The position numbers and the translations under genes were made by a program. Positions 39,274 to 46,300 of a DNA stretch of 64,000 nt are shown here, one piece after another (position 1 is the first letter of the stretch; every line of letters starts with the position of its first letter). The notes below the pieces were generated by a model. It did no database searches. It worked only from the letters and a program-made list of their open reading frames with translations, and was not told the origin of the DNA. Source of the stretch: an uncultured bacterium (GTDB lineage: Bacteria; Omnitrophota; Omnitrophia; Omnitrophales; Aquincolibacteriaceae); assembly GCA_964606385.1 (NCBI GenBank), contig CAZSFZ010000003.1, positions 29,493-93,492 on the forward strand. Reading direction: 5' to 3'.

Positions 39274-39443
39274 GGCGGAGAGGGGGAGATGCGGCTCCCT
39301 TCGCTTCGTTGCGGGTAGGCCACCCGCCCCGCTCTTATGACATGAGTCATAAGCGCCTGCGGGGCTCCCTTCGAATCTCCCGTCCAAAGAACGGGAGCCC
39401 GAACCGTCATGATCTCCCGTTTTTTTTGATTGAATAGAAAACA
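39273..39443 (-). other. tRNA-Ser-derived structured element or pseudo-tRNA. It repeats the 18-nt 3' terminus of tRNA-Ser (tggcggagagggggagat, including CCA) at 39273-39290 and contains nested hairpins.
   Basis: There is an exact 18-bp direct repeat with 39444-39461. Between the copies the following hairpins occur: ACGGGAG-16nt-CTCCCGT, CTCCCGT-TCTTTGG-ACGGGAG (mutually exclusive with the first), GCGGGT-aggcc-ACCCGC, and CCCCGC..CTTATGAC-atga-GTCATAAG..GCGGGG. The region reads like a T-arm (GGGAG-ATTCGAA..TCTCCC) interrupted by about 80 nt. It has no standard cloverleaf. Confidence 0.3.
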
Positions 39444-39533
39444 TGGCGGAGAGGGGGAGATTCGAACTCCCGATACGCTTGCGCGTATAACAGTTTTCGA
39501 GACTGCCGCATTCGGCCACTCTGCCACCTCTCC
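39444..39533 (-). tRNA. tRNA-Ser (anticodon CGA), class II with a long variable arm. CCA is encoded.
   Basis: The sequence on the minus strand is GGAGAGGTGGCAGAGTGGCCGAATGCGGCAGTCTCGAAAACTGTTATACGCGCAAGCGTATCGGGAGTTCGAATCTCCCCCTCTCCGCCA. The acceptor is GGAGAGG/CCTCTCC, the anticodon loop is CTCGAAA, the variable-arm hairpin is ATACGC-GCAA-GCGTAT, and the T-arm is GGGAG-TTCGAAT-CTCCC. Confidence 0.9.
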
Positions 39534-39726
39534 GTGGTATGGAGGAAAATGCTCGGACTTTGCAGGATCCGCGTTCCGGATACAAAAGCGTTTAGAGTCT
39601 ATGTATTTCTTTAAGGTTGGTCAAGGCGAGAGAATAGGGCTCTCCGCGGCTTCCGCCATTATCGTAAGATGCCCCAAAACGATGAATCTAATTTACATTT
39701 CGGAGGCCCTTCCTTAAAATCATGCC

Positions 39727-40902
39727 ATGCACGCATGCCTGGGCCTATTCATTTTCCTGCTCCCCTTATCACTCGCCTCCTCCAGCGCCGTGGAACCCGA
39801 GATTTTTTTAAGCACCGTCTATTTTGCCCTATTGCTGGTCTTCCTGGCCGTCTGGATCATCGTCAAGGGACTTTCCTTTAAAAAACTGGGAACGATCCAA
39901 TATCCGGTAATCATCTTGTCGCTCTTTCTGGTCATGGCGGTCCCGTTCACGCTCAACCGGGCAAACGGCCTTTGGGAGATCACCCAGTTCACAGTCAGCC
40001 TGATCCTGTTCCTCGTGATAGCGCCTCTCGAGGAGGATAAAAAAAAGCGCCTCGCCGCGGAGATCGTGCTGGGAGCACTGGCCATAAGCCTTCTCGCGAT
40101 CTTTCAATATTTCTTCGGTTTCCAGCTCCTATCGGATTATGTCCAAAGGACAAATATCACCGATCCCTTCGTCTTAGAAAAGATCGCGCAGCGAAGGGTC
40201 TTTTTCCCGTTCCCGACCCCGGGGATCCTGGGGGGATACCTTGCCATGGCCCTCCCCCTCGCGCTTTGTTCCGGCAAACGGGCTTTTTTTGCAATTCCCA
40301 TCGGCCTGGCGCTGCTCCTCACTCAATCGCTCAGCGCCCTGCTGAGCCTTATGGTGATCCTCGCCGCATTTTCCGTATGGAAGAACCGTTCTTCAAAAAA
40401 GAAGGTTTTTCTCCTGCTCGGGCTCGGCATGGTCCTAGGAGGCCTGTTCGCCCTGAGAACAAGCAATGTTCATCAGCATCTGCTACCCTCATTCTCAATG
40501 ACCGCACGGCTTGATTACTGGAAAGAAACATTGCGGGTTATTTCCGCGCATCCCTGGCTGGGTACCGGATTCGGGAATTTCGACCTGCAGTCATCACGAT
40601 ACGCCCATAATTCCTTCCTTCAATTATGGGCTGAGACAGGTGTGATCGGCATGACGGTTTTTATCTGGTTGTGGACTGCCATCCTCAGGAACGGTTGGAA
40701 AAGCATCCCGTCCTTTTACAAGGATCAACAGAAATGGGCCTTGCTCGCCGGGATTTGTATTTTTTTGGTCCACAACCTGATGGATTTTACCCTTTTCCTT
40801 CCGGCCGTAAGTTTTATCTGGTGGGTCATGCTGGGGATGTTCGCCGTCCCCGTTTCACAGGAAGCAAAGGAAGGGCTTGCGAGCGCTTCGAAACGAATTT
40901 AG
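39727..40902 (+). CDS. O-antigen ligase family protein (WaaL/Wzy_C domain).
   Basis: About 10 TM segments plus a periplasmic loop with RYAHNSFLQLWAETGVIG, the O-antigen ligase motif. Confidence 0.7.
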   Translation: MHACLGLFIFLLPLSLASSSAVEPEIFLSTVYFALLLVFLAVWIIVKGLSFKKLGTIQYPVIILSLFLVMAVPFTLNRANGLWEITQFTVSLILFLVIAPLEEDKKKRLAAEIVLGALAISLLAIFQYFFGFQLLSDYVQRTNITDPFVLEKIAQRRVFFPFPTPGILGGYLAMALPLALCSGKRAFFAIPIGLALLLTQSLSALLSLMVILAAFSVWKNRSSKKKVFLLLGLGMVLGGLFALRTSNVHQHLLPSFSMTARLDYWKETLRVISAHPWLGTGFGNFDLQSSRYAHNSFLQLWAETGVIGMTVFIWLWTAILRNGWKSIPSFYKDQQKWALLAGICIFLVHNLMDFTLFLPAVSFIWWVMLGMFAVPVSQEAKEGLASASKRI

Positions 40903-40906
40903 GCCG

Positions 40907-42214
40907 CTACAAAGATTCCGCCGCTCTTTTCCCGTCCCAGATCGCATCCTCCATGGACATATAAGTCCATGAGCCATAACGGCCGCAGGGAATGATCCCG
41001 TGCCCGCTCAGGAATTTCAGGATCTTTTGAGTGGCTTCTTGATACTGCCGGTCGTAGATCGGATATCCATACCGGATATCATTCACATCTTTCGCGCAGA
41101 TCCTGTCTTGCGGCCCGAGCAATCCTTTCTTTCTGAGATCCCGGAGGATGCGGGTCCCGATCTTCTTCTTGGAAACCGCCTTGTAGCGCGAGTAAGAAAC
41201 TTCGGCATAAAAAGATCTTTGGCGTAATGGAGCAACACCGGAAGAATAATGATGCGGAAATCCCACCCGGAAGAAACACGTTTCGGGCTGCGGGAAATAG
41301 ATCCAATGCCGTTTGGGGTCCCGGCCGTTGGCGCTCACGCCCAGGTTCAGATTATAAATGGAATTCCAGCGCAGCTTCGCCAAGGCTTTTTGAATTGCCG
41401 CGGGCAGCTTCCGGATCAGGCGGGACATCTCGGGTAAAGGGATCGTCGAGATCAGGGTGTCATATTTTTCTTTTTTCCCGGAAACCAGCGTCACCTCTTT
41501 TTTATCAAGATCGATCCGCGTGATCCCGCTTTTAAGCCGGATATCCTTAAGCCGCCGGGCAAAAGCCTTCGGAAGTTTTTCGATGCCGCCCGCGCGGGGA
41601 TACCAAAAATAAACGTTATAACCCAGCTGGTTCTTGCTCTCGTTCTTCGCGCCTTCGAGCACGCGCCTGAGGGACGGGACCGGAACCATCCCGGAAAGCC
41701 AATCGCAGCTCAGCTCTTTCGGCGGCACTGTCCAGAACTTCGCGTTATACGGCTCCATGAAATGACGGGCTATTCCGGCCCCGAAAGTCCGCCGGGCCCA
41801 TTGAGAAAAATTCATATTTTTGCCGGGCGAGTCTTTACGTTTTGTTTTTTTTGCGCGAAGGAATCCGTCCAGGCATTCCTTGAGGATCTTGGGAGGAAGA
41901 CCGAAGAGGTTGGCCTGAAAAGGATAGGGCGTGTAACGCTCCCCCATGGACACCCAGGCGCTCCTCGGCTGTTTCACGCACTGCTTGCCGAGCAATTTCC
42001 GGACGAGCCCGGCAACGTAGGGTTTCTTGAAATGGAGCAGATGTCCGCTGTAGTCAAAAGTAAAACCGCGGACATGTTTGGAGCGGCAAAGCCCGCCGAC
42101 CTCCGATTCTTTTTCAAAAATGCGGCTTGGGATCCCTCTCTCGCGCAAATGCCACGCCGCGCTCAATCCGGCGATACCGGCCCCCAGGATCAGGATCTTT
42201 TTTCGAGCTTTCAA
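40907..42214 (-). CDS. FAD-dependent oxidoreductase (amine oxidase / protoporphyrinogen oxidase-like Rossmann protein) within a glycan cluster.
   Basis: KKILILGAGIAGLSAAWHL is the GxGxxG dinucleotide fold. The proposed start is TTG at 42214 with a GGTGAAGG RBS, overlapping the upstream stop. The track's ATG at 42343 would overlap the upstream gene by 130 bp. Confidence 0.55.
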   Translation of the reverse strand: MKARKKILILGAGIAGLSAAWHLRERGIPSRIFEKESEVGGLCRSKHVRGFTFDYSGHLLHFKKPYVAGLVRKLLGKQCVKQPRSAWVSMGERYTPYPFQANLFGLPPKILKECLDGFLRAKKTKRKDSPGKNMNFSQWARRTFGAGIARHFMEPYNAKFWTVPPKELSCDWLSGMVPVPSLRRVLEGAKNESKNQLGYNVYFWYPRAGGIEKLPKAFARRLKDIRLKSGITRIDLDKKEVTLVSGKKEKYDTLISTIPLPEMSRLIRKLPAAIQKALAKLRWNSIYNLNLGVSANGRDPKRHWIYFPQPETCFFRVGFPHHYSSGVAPLRQRSFYAEVSYSRYKAVSKKKIGTRILRDLRKKGLLGPQDRICAKDVNDIRYGYPIYDRQYQEATQKILKFLSGHGIIPCGRYGSWTYMSMEDAIWDGKRAAESL

Positions 42215-43191
42215 ACCTTCACCCGGCTCATTTTTTTGATCAGGACAAGGCTTCCCAACCCCGCCAGGATTAGGATCAGGATCCCGAAAAGGTTCGAAGC
42301 TTGGCTGAGCATGGCGCCTGCGGCGACAAAAAAGAGGGTCCATCCCATCATCGCCGCGAGAGTTCTCTTTTTCGAATAACCTTTTTTCAGGAATCTCAAG
42401 GCGATATGGTCCTCACTTTTATTGAAAGCGGAGGTCCCCTTGCGGACGCGCATCAGGATCAGAAAAAGCGTGTCCAGGATGGGGAAACCGAGCAAAAGCA
42501 GCGGGGTCAGAAGCGCGACATTCCTCTCCAGGGTCGCGTAACGCGCGGTGATCGCGAGCGCCGCGAGCACCAGTCCCAAAAAATGGCTCCCATTGTTCCC
42601 CATGTACACCTTGGCCGGCGGAAGATTAAAGATCCAGAACCCAAGGACCGCGCCTCCCAGGATGGCGGAAACGATGAAGGTCAGACTGTCGCCGTTCACG
42701 GCGGAGATCACGCAGAAGCCCGAGAGGATCACGAGGGCCGTCCCTCCCGCCAATCCGTCCATCACATCCAGAAGATTCATGGCGTTGGTAATCGCGATGA
42801 TCCAGAAAAGAGATATAGCGATATTCAAAAGATTTCCCGCGTACGCGAAATCGGTCCGGACCCCGAAACCGACCAGGATCGCCGCAGCAACAAGCTGGAC
42901 GAAAAATTTTTGGGCCACGGACAGCTCCCGATGATCATCCAAGATACCCGTGACAAGCATGAAGGCCGAAGCGATCACGATCCCTTTAATCTCCCGCGGA
43001 AGTCCGGCCAGAGAGGTTCCGGTCAGCAACAGGACTATCCCGAAGGCCAGCCCCATGCTGACCCCGCCGATCGAAGGAACGCCCTTGGTGGTTAAAAACT
43101 TCCAGCGGGCGGAAGCTTCTTTAAAAAAAAGCACAAAAAGCGCGGACAGAAGAAATCCGCTCAAAGCGCCCCAAAAAGAACTAGCGATCAC
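42211..43191 (-). CDS. Polyprenyl-phosphate N-acetylhexosamine-1-phosphate transferase (WecA/MraY/TagO family, GT4-type initiating enzyme).
   Basis: A multi-TM protein with NAMNLLDVMDGLAGG, the family NxxNxxDGIDGL motif, and DDxxD-like ILDDHRE. Confidence 0.85.
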   Translation of the reverse strand: MIASSFWGALSGFLLSALFVLFFKEASARWKFLTTKGVPSIGGVSMGLAFGIVLLLTGTSLAGLPREIKGIVIASAFMLVTGILDDHRELSVAQKFFVQLVAAAILVGFGVRTDFAYAGNLLNIAISLFWIIAITNAMNLLDVMDGLAGGTALVILSGFCVISAVNGDSLTFIVSAILGGAVLGFWIFNLPPAKVYMGNNGSHFLGLVLAALAITARYATLERNVALLTPLLLLGFPILDTLFLILMRVRKGTSAFNKSEDHIALRFLKKGYSKKRTLAAMMGWTLFFVAAGAMLSQASNLFGILILILAGLGSLVLIKKMSRVKV

Positions 43192-44338
43192 AGGCTGTGC
43201 CTTTCGTTCCGGTCAATTGCCGGTAAAGTTCCTCGTGAGATTTCACCATCATCTTTGTCTCAAACCTTTCATCCACGCACTCTGCTGCTTTTAGCGCGAT
43301 GCGTTTCTTCGGGCCATCCTCCCGGAGAAGCAAAGTGAGCTTTTTTAACATAGAAGGCACATCATGGCAAGGCGCAAGAAATCCCGTTTCCCCTTCCAAG
43401 ATCACTTCCGCGATCCCTCCCGTATCGGTCGCCAGAACCGGAACACCGCTGGCCATAGCCTCAAGGACCGCGATCGGCAATCCTTCCCAAAGGGAGATCA
43501 ACACGAGGACGTCCATCGCAAAGAGGACCCGGGCCACATCTGTCCGCCAACCCGTCAGAATAAACCGGGAGCGCAAGCCGGATCTTTCGATCTGACGTTC
43601 AAGCTTCTTCCGAAGGACACCGTCCCCCACCATTAAAAACCGGGCTTGGGGAAAAAGCTGCCCGGCTAAAGAAGCCAGCCGCACGAAATCCTCAAGGCCT
43701 TTTTGCGGTTTGAAGCAGGCGATGGTCCCTATCACCAGCGCGTCTTCACTGAGGCCGAGTTCCTTGCGGATCGAGGCGTCCTTCGCGCCAAATTCAGCCC
43801 TGGAGATGCCGTACCGTATCAAGCCGTATCGATCTTCGGAACCTATTTTGAGGCCGAGCCCTTTTTGCTTGTCATGATCGGAAACCACTACGATCCTGTC
43901 CGTGAATTTCGCGCTGAATTTTTCGAGCTTTTTGTAAAGTCCGCAAATCAAGGGGTTCTGGAAATCGTGGAAGGACCAGCCGTGGACAGTGTGAAGAATG
44001 ATCTTGGTTTTGGCCAACGCCGCGGCCCAACGGCCTAAAATACCCGCTTTCGAGCTGTGGGTATGGACCATATCGATCCGGTTCTTCCGGATGAAAGCCC
44101 TGAGCTCCATCAAGGCTAGAAGATCCCGTAGCGGGTTGATCAGCCTTTGCAAATACCGGGACCGGTACAGGCTCAAACCGGGAATGGCCAAGGCTTCTTC
44201 CATGAGGAACCCGTCCTTGGCGGTAAAAAGAAAAATGTTGTAGCGGTCTTGATCGAGATTTTTGATCAGGCTCAGAAGCTGTTTCTGCGCGCCGCCGAGC
44301 TCCAACTGAGTAATCACATAAAGGATATTGATCTTCAT
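43181..44338 (-). CDS. Glycosyltransferase family 4 (group 1).
   Basis: The N-terminus MKINILYVITQLELGGAQKQ. The C-terminal GT4 region carries the E-x7-E-like motif (LEAMASGVPVLATDTGGIAEV). Confidence 0.85.
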   Translation of the reverse strand: MKINILYVITQLELGGAQKQLLSLIKNLDQDRYNIFLFTAKDGFLMEEALAIPGLSLYRSRYLQRLINPLRDLLALMELRAFIRKNRIDMVHTHSSKAGILGRWAAALAKTKIILHTVHGWSFHDFQNPLICGLYKKLEKFSAKFTDRIVVVSDHDKQKGLGLKIGSEDRYGLIRYGISRAEFGAKDASIRKELGLSEDALVIGTIACFKPQKGLEDFVRLASLAGQLFPQARFLMVGDGVLRKKLERQIERSGLRSRFILTGWRTDVARVLFAMDVLVLISLWEGLPIAVLEAMASGVPVLATDTGGIAEVILEGETGFLAPCHDVPSMLKKLTLLLREDGPKKRIALKAAECVDERFETKMMVKSHEELYRQLTGTKGTACDR

Positions 44339-44418
44339 GCTGGTCTCGGCTCTTAGTCTATGGAATTCGGTTCAGGTTGAAGTTTGGCCATAAGCCGATA
44401 GAGAACGGATGCCGCTGG

Positions 44419-46191
44419 TCACAAGGTTTCCATGCAAACACGGTTCTTCCCCGACGCCTTGGCCCGGTAGAGGGCCGCATCGGCGCGATGAACCATCGGA
44501 TCGGGAACATTTTCCCCGGGACGGCGCACGGCAACCCCCAGACTGATCGTCACCCGGATCGGCTTCCCCTCCCATTCGAACCGGGTCTCCTCGACTTTCT
44601 TTCGGATCCTTTCGGCCGCGATCTCGGCCGCTTCGCGCAGGCCGGCCTTTCGGAGCATGATAATGAATTCCTCGCCCCCGTAACGGGCCGCGAAATCGAT
44701 CTCGCGGAAGGCCCGGCGTTTCCGGATAAAAGCGAGAAGGATCGCCGCGACTTTTTTAAGCACCATGTCCCCCGCCGGATGTCCGTAGGTGTCGTTGATC
44801 TGCTTGAAGTTGTCGATATCCATCAGGATGACGGATAAAGGCTGGTTTCGCACGCTCGCTTCCCGCACGATATGATTCATGATCAAACGGAAATGCCGGA
44901 TCACATAGAGCTCCGTCAGACCGTCCCGCGTCGCGAGATGGAAAAGCTGGGATTTTTCTCGAATCGCCGTCGCCTGGACATAGATAGCCGAAAAAACAAA
45001 CAGGCTGAGCATGAGCAGGACGGGGTAGACCACATAGAACCAGACGTGCCATTTCATCAAAGCAAAAAAGCAGAAAACGATCCATCCTGCGACGAGCAAA
45101 AGCCCGGCGACAAGAGACCAGATGCCGCTCAAAGTCACGAACAGAAAAATCGCCAGAAAACCGCTCCCCAGAAGACACAGGAAATTCCCCGTGGCCGAAA
45201 CGGGGCGGATCCAGTTGCCCGTTAATGCCGCGTTCAGCACCTGAGCGTAAATACCGATCTGGGGGTATGAAATATTTAGCGGGGTCACCTTAAGCTCCGC
45301 GGCTCCTGGCGCCGTTGGTCCGACAAGACAGATCTTCCCCGCGAGCGCGGCCGGATCAATGAGGGGACGCATTCCTTTCTGGATCGCGTAAAAACTGTGG
45401 ATCAGGTCCGCGTAGTTGTAGCGCACGAATCCACGGTCCCAGACCCGGCTCCACGGGATGAGCATTTTCCCCTGCGCATCTTCATATTTTTTCCATTCTT
45501 GCGGCGCCGGAACGGCTAGCTGCATATGGTCAAAAGCCACGCGAAGCGGAAGAAAATGATGGCCTTCACCCCCCTCGTCAGCAAAAGGTTCGAACCGGCG
45601 CAAGATCCCGTCCGGATCCGGGCCAAGGAAACTGTGTCCTGTTACTTTTACCTCTTTTTCGAATTCCGGCATGGCGTGGACCCAGACCTTCTGTCCCTCG
45701 CTTTTTTCCAGTACCACCGGCATGCCATGCACCCAGAATTTCTTTTCTTTTTTGGGCTTCAGTTCCACTGGAATATAAATGGGAGTTTTGATCTTCGCGA
45801 GCGATTGAGCCAGGTCCTGATCATTCTTGGGATCCGTCGGTTCCGAAAGATCGAGATCGAAAATGATCGCGGCCGCCTTCCATTCGTTTAAAAGGCGCGC
45901 CATGATGGCGTGATAGCTTCTCGGCCAAGGCCATGCCCCGATCTCATCCAAGGCGGTTTCCGAGATTTCGATCAGCGCGATGTCCGGGTGGGCTTGCCCC
46001 CAAGCGATATGTTTGAGGAAACTATCACGGGCAAGATCTTCCATCCGGTCTAACTTGCGGGTTCCCAAAAGAAGCGCGAAAACAATGATGATGAGAAAGT
46101 AGGTCCCGAACCGGAGCCAGTCTTGGTAGGAGCGCGAGCGGGTGCGCGTAAAAAGTTTTTCGGTCGCTTCGATCGGTTCGTGGGCCGTCAT
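44419..46191 (-). CDS. CHASE2 sensor - TM - GGDEF diguanylate cyclase (canonical GGEEF with an RxxD I-site).
   Basis: The CHASE2 signature is IGAWPWPRSYHA. After the TM segments come REIDFAARYGGEEFIIML and the D-I-D metal site (LMDIDNFKQIND). It is a paralog of 7256-8992. Confidence 0.85.
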   Translation of the reverse strand: MTAHEPIEATEKLFTRTRSRSYQDWLRFGTYFLIIIVFALLLGTRKLDRMEDLARDSFLKHIAWGQAHPDIALIEISETALDEIGAWPWPRSYHAIMARLLNEWKAAAIIFDLDLSEPTDPKNDQDLAQSLAKIKTPIYIPVELKPKKEKKFWVHGMPVVLEKSEGQKVWVHAMPEFEKEVKVTGHSFLGPDPDGILRRFEPFADEGGEGHHFLPLRVAFDHMQLAVPAPQEWKKYEDAQGKMLIPWSRVWDRGFVRYNYADLIHSFYAIQKGMRPLIDPAALAGKICLVGPTAPGAAELKVTPLNISYPQIGIYAQVLNAALTGNWIRPVSATGNFLCLLGSGFLAIFLFVTLSGIWSLVAGLLLVAGWIVFCFFALMKWHVWFYVVYPVLLMLSLFVFSAIYVQATAIREKSQLFHLATRDGLTELYVIRHFRLIMNHIVREASVRNQPLSVILMDIDNFKQINDTYGHPAGDMVLKKVAAILLAFIRKRRAFREIDFAARYGGEEFIIMLRKAGLREAAEIAAERIRKKVEETRFEWEGKPIRVTISLGVAVRRPGENVPDPMVHRADAALYRAKASGKNRVCMETL

Positions 46192-46230
46192 GGAAGAAAA
46201 TTTTACCGTATTTCTTCCGAAAGAGCCAGC

Positions 46231-46281
46231 AGGGAGAGAAAAAGAAAAGGCGCAAAGCGTTAAGGTCTAACGCCTTGCGCC
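46231..46281 (-). terminator. Rho-independent terminator downstream of nrdJ.
   Basis: On the minus strand a 14-bp stem GGCGCAAGGCGTTA / TAACGCTTTGCGCC (one mismatch) with a 5-nt loop is followed by TTTTCTTTTTCTCTCCC. Confidence 0.6.
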
Positions 46282-46300
46282 TTCAACTTCCGGGGTAAGA

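Noticed and set aside
39234-39585. The 97-aa ORF 39234-39527 and the 5' extension of the TPR ORF to 39585, both with repeated ...RISPSPPCF... / ...LPLSAM... peptides.
   Set aside because: The repeated peptides are translations of the duplicated tRNA-Ser 3' end and of the tRNA genes themselves. The TPR protein more plausibly starts at the signal-peptide Met at 39273.
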